A DNA stretch of 64,000 bases from Vitrella brassicaformis CCMP3155 (taxonomy: Eukaryota; Protista; Chromerida): contig CDMY01000091.1 in NCBI GenBank assembly GCA_001179505.1, positions 1 to 64,000 on the forward strand, given 5' to 3'. Positions 47,501 to 59,099 of this stretch are shown here, piece by piece. The notes below the pieces were generated by a model. That model was not told the origin of the DNA, searched no databases, and saw only the letters and a program-made list of their open reading frames with translations. Numbering within the stretch: position 1 is the stretch's first letter; each line of letters opens with the position of its first letter. Both the position numbers and the translations under genes were made by a program.

Positions 47501-49447
47501 CTTCGACGCCAGTACCACATACAAGACCGACTACCTCAAGAAGCCGCTGCCGGAACACGCACCGCCGCAAACCGCACAATGGAAACCTAAGTGAGTGACC
47601 CAACGTTGACACATAGAGAGAGAGAGCCACCCATGTGTCTGGGTGTCACTATGTCAGTCCTGCCAAGTTCTACGGTGACACCAACTACCGAGCGGAGTAC
47701 TACCAGAAGCCCCTCCCAGAGGGGCCCAAGGAGGCCGGCCCCGCCAAGGCCTACAAACCCCTGCCCTTCGAAGGATCCAGCAACTACAGGTAACAAATGG
47801 CCACGCGTGAACACACTTGCAAGGCTCCATTGTCCTGTGTGTGTCGTTGTGCATCGGACAGGGAGGAGTACAAGCCTTGGGAGCTGCCCAAACGGTCGGT
47901 GGGACACTGCACGGCATGGGTTCGGTTGTTGAGCGGTCGACCCATGTGTGTCTCATGTTGTGCAGTGATTTGGTCCGCCCAGCCACCGTCAGGGCCTTCC
48001 CGGACAGCCGAGACTTCCTGACGGAGGTCGGGCAACACACATACACACACATGGGGGACATATAATGGGAGTTGCGTGGGTGTGTCTGCAGGCCAAGTCG
48101 AGCTATTCCAAGAAGCCGCTGCCCCCGTCACCCCCTCCACAGCAGACTCGGTACATTCCCAAAGACGTCAAATTCGACGGAACCACCAACTATCGGTCTG
48201 CTCGGCCACACACAAAGAGGGACACAGAGGAGAGGGGCACCATTCTCTTGGCTGGTGTTGTGTTGTCAAATTGGGGTATGTGTCGGCTGCAGCACTGAGT
48301 ACACTGCCAAGCCAATAGAGGTCCACAAGCCGGCGGAGGTCACCCGGGAGTACAAGCCGCTGCCATTTGAGGGCACCACCACACACAAGACCGACTACCA
48401 GAAGGCAATCAAGGGAGACACAGACAGACGGACAGACAGACACACAGACAGACACACAGAGAGATGTGCCTCTGTCTGTATGCCGGTCAATCAGTGGGCC
48501 ATCGAGCCCGCCCCCCGTCCGAAGTCGGCCGTTGTGCGGCCGTCGCTGCCCTTCGACGCCAGTACGACCTACAAGACCGACTACCTCAAGAAGCCGCTGC
48601 CGGAACACGCACCGCCACAAACCGCTCAGTGGAAACCTAGGTACGTGACCCAACGTTGACACATAGAGAGAGAGAGCCACCCATGTGTCTCTGGGTGTCA
48701 TTCAGTCCCGCTAAGTTCTACGGTGACACAAACTACCGAGCGGAGTACTACCAGAAGCCCCTCCCAGAGGGGCCCAAAGCCATGCCAGCGTCCAAGTCGA
48801 GTAGGCAGATAAAGAGAGAGAAGCATCTGCCACCTTCCCCACCCCTTGTGTGTGTCTTTGTGTGTGTGCCTTCAGTGGGTCGGCTGCCGTTTGATGGGGT
48901 CAGACACACAGCAAGAGAAGCCCGCAGACACACACAACACCAATCGCATCCTTCGTGTCTGTCCAAATGCAGGTCACCACCTACAAGACCGACTACCTGA
49001 AGTGGTCAGTCAGTCAGTGAGCAGACTGCTGGGCGGCTGCATGCCAGACAGACAGACAGACATCCACTTCTTTGTGCTTCGCCTTTTCCTTCCTTCGCCT
49101 CAGGCCTGCCCAGATGATGCCAGTGCCGGCTCGTATGTCTCATCAGCCTTTCCCAGACACGAGAGACTTCCGGTAAGCACACGAGAGACTTCCGGACCAC
49201 ACATACCAAAGCTCGTGTATGTGTGTGTGTGTGTGTGTGTCAGCTCGACGTACAAGGGCGACTACCTCAAGAAGCCGCTGCCGGTGCGGCCCGTGTGTCC
49301 CGTCACACTACTGCCGCCATACCCATACCCTTGCGAACCCAGGAGACACATATTCTGGTCACACACACACATATATTCAGAAAGAGAGAGAGGGGCATCT
49401 GTGTGTTTGTGTGTTGCAGGGACCCTGTTGCCCAGAAGTGGTACTAA
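44526..49447 (+). CDS. SAXO: SAXO/FAM154 (stabilizer of axonemal microtubules, SPM1-like) repeat protein; ~25 exons
   Basis: N-terminal CVDELCPPECGKHSC (cf. SAXO CxCELCxCGRHxC); >15 P-F-(E/D)-G-x-(T/S)-x-(Y/H)-(K/R)-x-(D/E)-Y repeats; spliced C-terminus ...YPYPCEPRRHIFW|DPVAQKWY*. Confidence 0.9.
45090..48790 (+). repeat. Intragenic genomic tandem repeat, ~3.5 units of ~1.05-1.09 kb (6 exons plus introns each)
   Basis: Homologous anchor GACTACCAGAAG|GC at 45208, 46295, 47358, 48405 (periods 1087, 1063, 1047). Confidence 0.95.
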
Positions 49448-50107
49448 GAGGGAGGGAGGGAGGGAGATCGAAGGAGGCTAGATACCGACAGAGACGGATG
49501 TATGAGCCCGGTTTTTGGAGTGAGCATGGCTGCACCGTCCGTCCGTCTCAATGAATGAGTGCTCATGGCCTGCTTGCCTGCCTGGGTGGCTGACTGGCTG
49601 GCTGGGTGTCTGATGCCATTGATCATACAGTATATATTGCGGTCCGCAAGAAGGGCGCACGGACGTAGAGTCTAGGAATGTCCCTGCCTGCCTGCCAAAT
49701 GGCATTCTTGTGTGCCTGCCTGCCTGTCTGTCTCCCTTCTGGCTGTCTGGATGTTGTGTGTGTATGATTGCACGGCTGGCTAACCTAAAGGAGAAGAGCA
49801 CAGCAAGGGAAGCGGGCGGACATGCAAGGTGTTCGGTCAACGAACTAAGCGCTGGCTGATTGGTTGATTGATTGACGCTCTCTGGTCTGACCAAAGCACG
49901 CACAGGTGTGTCCCACATCTCTCTCGTCTCATGATGTACCACCTCATTTTCTTATCTGCACAAGGCCGGCAGCAGCCCTTAAGACTCATCTACATCCATC
50001 CATCCAATCTCTCTCTCTTCCCCTCTGTCGTCTCCTAAACACATCTCTCGCCCGCCGTTGTCAGTCAGTACGGTATCCACTCGATGGACAGACAGAAATG
50101 CGCTCCG

Positions 50108-51518
50108 TCAATTGTCCCTTGTGCTGGCGGCTGCAGTGAGGGCGAACGAATCCAGCACGGGATCTAGCAGACCCTGCACACACAGACACAGACACAGACA
50201 CACACACATGGATGGCATCCATTCTGCAATGCAGAATGTGGATGCCCCATCCATCCACCCACACTAGCCACCTGTGTGGCCTTGTCGGCCCAGTCGGCAC
50301 TGTTGGCAGAGATCCACACCTGCACACACACACACACACACACAGCGAGAGAGAGAGAGAGAGAGCACGTCCTGATACGAAAGACCACTCAAGCCGCTTG
50401 TGTGGTGTGTGCGGCTCCCTCCGCATGCTCACCACATACATCAGCCCATCCCTGAGCAGAGCCTGCAGACACGAGCAGGTCAGGTGAGTGACGCACACCA
50501 AGACATATATACAGAAAAGATGATGACCCGATCGATCGATCAACACGGTCCCCTCCCTCCCATGACCCTGCCTGCCTGTCGCTCCTCGCTCACCTTTGCC
50601 TTGACATATCGGTCGATGGGCGGCAGGCTCTCCTCTGCCGCCCCGCCCCCCTCGCCCCCAGCCTGTGCCAGCAGCTGGTTGGTGGCACCCCTGCCCTGCT
50701 TCTTCGGCCTTTCCTGTGTCGTCTGCATCTCAAACGAAAGGCCCGTGTCGGAATCGGTCTGCACCAGCATCACCTGGGGGACGGGACACACACCATCGAT
50801 GGATGGATGGGAGGTGAGTGTGTGTGTGTGTGTGTGTGCGTACTCTGGTTGACGACGGCGATTCGTCTCTAAGAATCGGCCTGTTCCTGCCCTCCTTCTC
50901 CCGAATCAACAGCTTGGCTATCCCTGCACGAACCACACCATGCGGAACACACACCACAGAACAGTGTGCCGCGCCATCTCTCTCTTTGGCCATGCAACTA
51001 TGCCACTCACCCAGCTCACTGCCGACGTCCTTGAGCACATTGAACTCATCGACATTAGGAATCAGCCCCGCCTTGTCGAACAGCTCAAACACGTCATACA
51101 CCGTCACCGTCAGGGCCCGCCCATTCCTGATGTCATTCGCCACAAACGCCAACCCGCCCGCCTTCTCGACATTCCTCTGCGCCGAGAACCACCCTGAAGG
51201 CACGTCCACCTCAAAGCCCCACTTGCCGTCCTCTATCCGCTTGTAGCCCTCGTCCTGCTCCTCCAGGGCCAGCACAGGCAGCGGCAGGAGCGTCGTGAGC
51301 AGCGGCAGCGGCCGTAGCAGCAGTGCCCGCCGTCTCGACTCCCTTGCTGCAAGCTGATGCCGATTGGACGGGGAGGTAGGGAGATGGGAACGGGGCGAGG
51401 GGAGGTAGGCAGACACGCCCATCACGGCTGCTGCGAGGATGGCGAGAAGCGCGGCGCTGGTGATGGGTGAGATCGGTTTCCTTCTTCTGCATCTTGAAGC
51501 GAAAGATCTCCAACACAT
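50108..51518 (-). CDS. PsbP-domain protein (PPD-like), thylakoid-lumen targeted; 6 exons
   Basis: Signal peptide ending VSA-YLP, transit region, twin-Arg SRRRALL plus hydrophobic stretch and VLA cleavage; GFEVDVPSGW; C-terminal VWISANSADWADKATQ|GLLDPVLDSFAL. Confidence 0.8.
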
Positions 51519-51931
51519 GGTGCTGGGGAAGAAGAGGTGTCAACAGCAAAGGGCGTGAAGAGATCTGCAGCTGAGGGATGAGTGCGAGCTTGGCTTGCAG
51601 ATCTCTCTCCATCGTTTCGGCGCAAGCACCCCCGCCTGCGTCACTCCTGTGCTGTCGGAGTCACCGGGACCCTGACATTTCCTCGTCAAGGCCTTCAACC
51701 CCCCCTTCCCGACCCACTCCCTCCCGGCATCAACACTAGCCCCTGCCCGCCCCTCCCTGCCCTCCCGTGCCACCGCTTCAGCCCCACTTCTCGTCCAGGC
51801 CTCCATCTTCCCACCCCACCCGTCACGTCAGCAGCAGCGTCAGACCCTGAGCCCCGCCCTCGGGCCGTCCCTCTGCGCCTTCTTCGTCGACGCCGTCGCT
51901 CCCCCCCTGTACGACCACCTCAGCCCCACTC

Positions 51932-53042
51932 ATGCCCGGCGAGCGTGAGGGCGTGCTCCCCCGACGGGACGTCAATTGGGTGTGGCACTGGCGCCCTGTC
52001 GCCCAGGAGGTCAAGCTGAGCGACGGCTACCTGAAGATCAGCCGGACAGGCTGCTGCTGGGGACGCGGCCCAAGTACATCGACCTGGGCGACAAGCGCAT
52101 CTGTGTGGCGGCCCGCAAGCGGCGAGACGACGGGCGATACTTCAACTTCAAGAACATCGCCAACGCGCTGCTGGTCTGGTACGACGACACCGGCAAGAAG
52201 GGCACCATGGACTTCGACACGTGCAGCAGCACCGAGTGAGTGAGGAAATGATCAATGGCGCGCGTCTGACACACGGGTCTATCTTATCGCGATTGTGCGT
52301 GTCTGTGTGGGCGTGTGACATCAGGCTCATAGCCCTCTACGACGGGGCAAGAGGGCCGAAGGCCTGCTTCGAGTGCAGGGACTCCGCCGAGCTGGACGAG
52401 TGGTACAACCACATCAAGTGGGTGGTGCACCACGAAGCCGTTGACAACTTGGTTCGCTTTCAATACATACTTGCAATCCTCACTTACATAACCTCATTTC
52501 TCTCTCTCTCTCTCTCTGTGTCCGTTTCATTTCCCCAATCTGTCTGTCTGCAGATGTTGGAGACGTTCAACGAAGGCGGTGTCCCTGCCGTCCTGCAGTC
52601 AACGGCCCTTCAACAACTGGCAGCTCTCCCATCTGCCCAACCAGCCATTCAGGCAAACCACGTCGACACCGTTCCTGCTGCTGCTGCCGCCGCCGCCGCC
52701 GCCGCCCCGGTGGACGACGCCGCATCCCACACATCCCGCCGCAGCTCCCTCTCCCTCGCCGCCGGCATGCTCATCATGCCGGCCTTCCGCGGCATCGGCA
52801 GCAATGAGGCCATCGACAAGCGAGTAGCGGAGCTGGTCGGCAGCCGCAGCAACAACAAGAAGGCCTTCAAGGGCAAAGGGGAGGCTGTGGCCGCCCGAGC
52901 ATCGTCCGTCGGTGAGGATTGGGACACGCTGTGTGCCGAGGCGACGAGCGTCAGGCTCTCTGCTGAAGACACGCAGAAGGCTGCGGCCGTGGCAGCCTCA
53001 CGAGGCGAGAGCTGGGACGATCTCGGCCGCCAGACGGCCTGA
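51932..53042 (+). CDS. PH-domain protein copy 2, carrying an apparent -1 frameshift (G-run 52059-52062); 3 exons
   Basis: GCCWG-[shift]-TRPKYIDLGDKRICV relative to copy 1 GCCWGSRTVYIDL; then ...FDTCSST|...IRLIALYDGARGPKACFECRDSAELDEWYNHIKWVV...|MLETFNEGG...RQTA*. Confidence 0.75.
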
Positions 53043-53367
53043 ATTGTGGGAACCGGACACACACACACACAGGTGTGTAGGGGTGAGTGTGGGGATGGGT
53101 GTGGGCTGAGTGCAGTGCTGCGCTTGTGTGTCTGTTGGTATCGGCTGTTCTGTGAGCAATTTGTTAGATGAACACACACAAAGAGGCAAAGCAAGCGGAG
53201 AGTCAGACAGAAAGGGGACCGGTGCGGGGTCAGTGACGCATCGACGGATCGATGGATGGATGGATGGATGGATGGATGGGCGTATGTAATGGGGCTGTCT
53301 GTCGGGGCTCTTTTTCGTTTGCGCCTGCCTGCCTGCCTGCGATTCATAACAATTCGTCTCTGCGATC

Positions 53368-53819
53368 GACTGGCCGGCCAGCTGCTGTCCATGCATTTGC
53401 CGTCATCTGATCTGGTGAAAGAGGGAGACAGAGAGGAATGAGAGAGGCTGTTCTGTGCACACAACAAGACGACAGATGCGTATAGTCAGTCCCCTCAGTA
53501 TGAGCGTGGGAGTGCCGTGCCTTTTGCCTGCCTGCCTGGTTATGTGGTTGCATTCAACGCGATTGTGTGGGTGCCTGGCTGGCCGGCTGTATATCTGCTG
53601 TGATCTCATCTGATGTGTGTGCGTATGAGTGTGTGAGGGAGAGAGGGAGGGAGGGATTCAGGGAGAGGGAGGAGGGAGGGCAGGCTGTCCTGTGAACCAA
53701 ATGAGAGATGCGCACACCCACCGAATGATAATGATGGATGGATGAATGGATGGCAGTCTTTTTCGCTTTTCGCGTTTCGTGTTCTGTGCTATGATTGGCT
53801 GTGTTTGTTGCTCTTGGTC

Positions 53820-53852
<33 letters not shown>

Positions 53853-54062
53853 GCTGCTGCCCATACATTTGCCGTCATCTGATCTGGTGTGAGAGGGCGA
53901 GAGAGAGGGAAAGGGAGGAGAGAGGCTGTTGTGTGCACAACGAGACGACAGATGGACACACCACGAAAGGATTGTTCTGGTATGTTTGGTCGTAGGCAGG
54001 ATGCGTATAGTCCCCTCAGTGAGTGTGGGAGTGCCGTGCTTTTCGCCTGCCTGGTTATGTGG
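53368..54062 (+). repeat. Diverged non-coding direct repeats (~180-215 bp; 53368-53547 and 53846-54062)
   Basis: Shared CATTTGCCGTCATCTGATCTGGTG ... GACGACAGATG ... TCCCCTCAGT ... GGGAGTGCCGTGC ... GCCTGCCTGGTTATGTGG. Confidence 0.85.
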
Positions 54063-54499
54063 CACGTGGTCTGTCGCCCAGCGACCTCTGCGTGTGTTAA
54101 TCCTATGCTCTCCGTCAGATTTGGCCAGGGGGCGGGGGGGCTGGTGGACAACTGACTTGCACCTGTGCTGTGCTATGCTGTGCTGTGCTGTCTGTCTGAT
54201 CATCAAGAGAGTAAGTCGTTGATTGTCTGGATTCTGCTTTTGTGTGTGTGGGTCGATTAAGTGAATGGACTTAAGCCATGTGGTGTGGACGGACGACTGC
54301 ATGGCACATCTGTGGATGGTCCAGACAGACAGACAGACAGGCAGCCCAACGAACCATGAAGGCAGACCCATGGGTTTTCAATCAATGCGCATGCATCTGT
54401 GTCTGTGTGTGTGACGCAACGCCATGGCGTGCGATGACGCCATCCATGGCTTTAACAACCAACACACATGCCATGCAGCCCATCTATCTCACAACTCAT

Positions 54500-56208
54500 T
54501 CATTCATCTCGCCCACGCAAAACGACCTTGCCGGTCACCCTGCCTGTCTCCAGCCGACTAAATGCCTCAGGCAGGCTGTCGAAAGGGAACACCGAGTCGA
54601 CCACCGGCCGCACCACGCCTCTCTCATACAACTCGCGCACCCGATAAAGGTCGCTGCCCCTCGCTCGTACGGTGAAGAAGGGCACACTGGCCGGCCGGTT
54701 GATGCCGCCCCTGATGGTCAGGACGCTGCCGGCGATGGCCAGGCAGCTGTCCCAATCGCCGGTGGCGTCTACGGCGAAATCGTAATCACTTAGGACGTCC
54801 GTGACCTTCTGTTTTGTGTAATCGACCACCTGACACACCAAACCAATGCACACACAGCACGAAGGGGAGGGAAAGAGAGTAGACCAATCCGTGTGTGGCT
54901 CAGTAGCTAGCTTACGATGTTTGCGCCGAGTTGTTTGAGCAGCTGTGCCTTCTCCTCACCACTGGCTGTTGTGGCAATGTGCTTGACACCGATGTAGTGC
55001 TTCATCAGCTGGATGGCCGTCGTCCCAATGCCGCCCGCGCCGGCCGTCCACAGCACACGCGCATCGGGGGGAATGGCCAGGGAGTCGAGCACTTGAAGGG
55101 ATGTCATGACGGCCGTCGGCAGAGAGGCACATTCCTGATAGAGCAACCAGCCGATGGAGCAACGGACAGAAAGGCACACACATGTCATGTGTTTGGAAGG
55201 AGGGTGCGGTGTGTGTTTGGCACTTACATAATACATACTTGGTGCGTGAGGGATGCCGGCTTCTCGGCAATGAAGGCTTCATTGACCGCCGTGTACTCAG
55301 CAAAGGTGCCGTAGCGCTGAGGGCACACACCTGCAAGGCAAGCACACATCCAGACAGTTTACAAGTCTGCTTGTATTGCAGATCATGCAGATCGGGAGTG
55401 TGAAGGTGTGGGTGGGTGTACCTCTCTCATGGACGTAGCCGTACACGTCCATGCCCTCCTGCCATTTGGTGACGTCCCGGCCGACACCGACCACAGTGCC
55501 CGAAAAGTCATACCTGACGCCACACAGGCAGACAGACAGACACGTGATTCACAAACACGACAGGTGTGAACCCTCCCTCGCACCCTCCCTGGCACATATA
55601 TACCCCGGAACAAAGGGAAAGGTGTCATTGATGAATGCGGCAACGAGGCCAGTCCGCCGGGCTGCACGAGACCACACTCAAACAATCAGTTCTCGGCCCA
55701 TCGATGGGTCGTTCGTCTGTATGCATGTTGGTTGATCTGCAGGTAGGCACCTATGTCTATCGGATTGAGCGCTGCAGCCTTGATCTTGACGAGCACCTGG
55801 TTGGCACCGGGCGAGGGGCGGGGGAAACTGCGCCTTTCCAGCACCTCAGGACCGCCGTACCCTGAATGTATGCGCACACACACAGAGACGATGAGGCATC
55901 AATGAGCGCCCATCCACCTATCCCCTGATTACCTTACCTGTCTGCACCCATGCCTCCATCTGCTCGGCTCGTGCATCATCTTCTTTCTCTTCGGTTTCCA
56001 AACCAACAGCAGGGCTTTCACGCCGCTGGCTCACCGCTGCGTGTTTGCGCACTGCAGATGCAGGCAACCGTCGCCAAGATGCCTCCACAAAGAGGGGAGT
56101 TTGATGCGGATCGTTTCTGGAGGGCTGCCGCACAGAGAGAGCGGTGAAAGGGATCAGGTATGAGGTGAGGGTCACGAAACAGCAAGACACAGAGGAGAAA
56201 GATGTCAT
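54500..56208 (-). CDS. MDR-family NADPH:quinone oxidoreductase (RTN4IP1/allyl-alcohol dehydrogenase-like); N-terminal extension uncertain
   Basis: MEAWVQTG|YGGPEVL, VLVKIKAAALNPID, DFSGTVVGVG, GTFAEY, GAGGIGTTAIQL, VVDSVFPFDSLPEAFSRLETGRVTGKVVL. Confidence 0.92.
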
Positions 56209-56622
56209 CGGGGGAAAGGGAGATCTGCAAAGCCAAGCTCGCGGTTGCCAAAGAAGGAGCGTGTCGCCCAGCTGGACGTCGCCGATTTGACCGACTGGTA
56301 AGAGAACAAGTATGCAAGCGGACGCAAGAAGAGCCGACCAAGCATGCGCCGCAGCATCATCACAACGCGTTGCTTGTCGTGTTGCAGGTGTTAATTTGAT
56401 GGTTGAGCGGCAGCAGAAACGTCTGCTGCTGGCCTCATGAAGACTGCAGGTGTTGATTTGATAGTTCACGCCCCCCGAGCATGAGTGTTGAAGGAGAGCC
56501 GAAGCGTCCCCGCACACAAGGCGGCGACTCGGCCGCTGCAAATGAGAACACACCGGTGAGCATCCGACAAGCGAACTCATTAAGGACAGAGAGCGACTCA
56601 CTGATGCACCCTCACTTATTGT

Positions 56623-58404
56623 GTGTGTGTGTGTGTGTTGCAGTCCATCAGTGAGGGTTTGGTTCGTCTGGAGGAGCGCATCGCATCGCTGCACACACAG
56701 ATAGATCAGGCAAGTCGCGGGCGCATGAGGGGCCCAATGGCCTCACTGCTGGTGTGCTCTTATCCACTGTGTGTGTGTGCGATGCCTGCAGGTCACACGA
56801 GAGGCTGCCGGTGTGCAGCAGCTCTCCAACACCACAGTCGCCGCACAGGTCAACCACACACACACAGACACGAGAGCACTGCAGCCGTCACTCTCTCCCT
56901 GGTTGTCTGTGTGTTTGGTGCAGACGCCCTTTCTCGCCGATAAGTGGGTGAGCGTCTTCGCCGCTCTCTCATCGGCTAAAGATGCGCTGCGCGACGTCGA
57001 GGGTGGCGTCAAGGGCACCATTCGGCCTGGTTGTCTGTGTGTTTGGTGCAGACGCCCTTTCTCGCCGATAAGTGGGTGAGCGTCTTCGCCGCTCTCTCAT
57101 CGGCTAAAGATGCGCTGCGCGACGTCGAGGGTGGCGTCAAGGGCACCATTCGGCCTATCGGCTGGGCCAAGCCGCCCCCGCCCGCCGACTCGGCCGACGG
57201 CCTGCCGCCTGATGTCTGCCGCGACGTCATCTACCCGTGCCTGCCCATCGATGAGGCCATCTGCTCGGCCCGCCCCATCAGCAGGGCGTACGGCACCCAA
57301 CTCGTCAATGAGGCCTTCGTGACGGCCCGCATCGACGACCACCTCAGCCGCCACTCACTGACCGGCCTCATCGACGTGCACCGGACAGCAGCAGACACAG
57401 CCAATGCCGCGGCGCCCACCCCAGCCCCTCCGACCAGCAGCAGCAGCAGCAGTGACGCACCGGCCCCTGCTGGTGATGCCGGTGGCGATGGTGGTGGTCA
57501 TCAGTCGCACTTCGGTTATCTGTCCCAGTGCTGCTATGCACTCGAGCATGGCGGGGCGGTGTGGTGTGAGTCGCCCGACTTCATCCGCCCCACTCACATC
57601 TACAAGCTGACGCCCTCGACTGGTGTGCCGCTGATCATGTCGCCCCAGTGGATGGCGGCCCACCTGCCCACCAAGGCCGACTTCCACACCATGCCCCTCG
57701 CCCTTCGCCAGTACAGCACATTCGGCCACCTCCTCAACTACAGGGGGACCAGTCTCGCGCTCACAAAGGTGGATGAGGCCGATGAGGGCGGTGAGGGCAA
57801 GAAGGAGGCCGAGAGGGGGGATGGAGAGGAGGGAGAGGGGGAGGGGGAGGAGGACGGTGGGGTGACATGGCAGTGGTATACCATCGGAAGCGGCGAGCAC
57901 GAGTGGCGGTTCGAGACGGTGCCGAAGTCCACCCTCCCTCCCCACCATCCCTACCGCCGCACATACGACCCCCACAACCCGCCCATCCGCTACGGTGACT
58001 GCCTCTTCCCCTCATTCACGGCCTTTATGAAGTGGATGGTGTTGTCGGAGTGGTACAAACAAGAGGGGGTGGACGAGAAGCAGGTATTCGAGGCGACAGT
58101 GGGCCGTGGCGATGAGCGCTATCAGCGACTGCTGACCGGTCCCATCGAGGGCCACACCACCGTCGACTTCATCCACAGGGAGGGGAGGAATGAGCGGCTG
58201 CGATTCATCTTCCTCAAGGGCATGAAGGAGGGCGACACCGTCGCCGCCTATCTGTACCTGAGCGGCGGCCGCATCGTCCTCCTCTACACGACCGAAGCGG
58301 CCATCGAGGGCCAGACGCGGCTGTCTGACCGATTCCCCATCGCGATGTCATTGGCCCCCACCCTGCTAACGAAATACGGCCTCGCCCACATCATACCACA
58401 GTAG
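56623..58404 (+). CDS. Lineage-specific hypothetical protein (long 3' exon of ~450 aa); 5' end unresolved
   Basis: ORF 57031-58404 is stop-free and coding-like; upstream exons SISEGLVRLEERIASLHTQ and VTREAAGVQQLSNTTVAAQ. Confidence 0.75.
56898..57156 (+). repeat. Perfect 128-bp tandem duplication spanning a splice acceptor and 34 codons
   Basis: 56898-57025 equals 57026-57153; CCT microhomology at the junctions. Confidence 0.95.
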
Positions 58405-59099
58405 AGAACACACAGACAAGTGAGCCGCGGTGCGGAAGGGACATTCACATAGACACAAGATGCATGCCTTGAGTGCCCGGATGACATCTATACATGTACA
58501 GTACATGTCGTTTGTCGTCTGAGAATGAGTGGTCATGTGTGAATTACACTGACTTGCGGTAGGCGAGTTCACACATATCCATGCAATCAAACTGTGTCCG
58601 CCAATTCAGTACACACACATACAAACGCACTCACACCCACCCACCCCCCACAGAGCGCAGGCCAGCATCGCCACACTCACCACCAGAACAGATGACACAA
58701 CGACGAGCGAATGGGTGGTGTGTCGGCTCACTTTGGCATGGCCGCACACACAAAGTCCCCAGCAATCAAAGAACCATGACAGACAGACAGACAGCGAGTG
58801 TTGAGAATTGGCTTAGCAATAGAAGGGAGAGGAAGTATGTGTCTCTCCGGCCTATAGAGAACGACTTTACGTACGACCCAAATCACAATACACCTGTGCG
58901 ACGATAGAGTGATATATGCGCAAACATAGGCCCCCCGTGTGTGTGTGATGGATGTCATGTGGTATGAGGGGCTCGAGATCCGCTTGCTGACCACCACGCA
59001 ATCAGACAGACAGACAGACAGAGAGACATCGGGTGTGTGCAGCATGAGTAAGGGTGTGTGTCCGTCTAGTGTGGCTCCATGCTCAGAAGCTTACTTGGT

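Noticed and set aside
45090-48790. Kilobase repeat as a mobile element or array
   Set aside because: Fully explained as duplicated exon-intron blocks of the SAXO gene.
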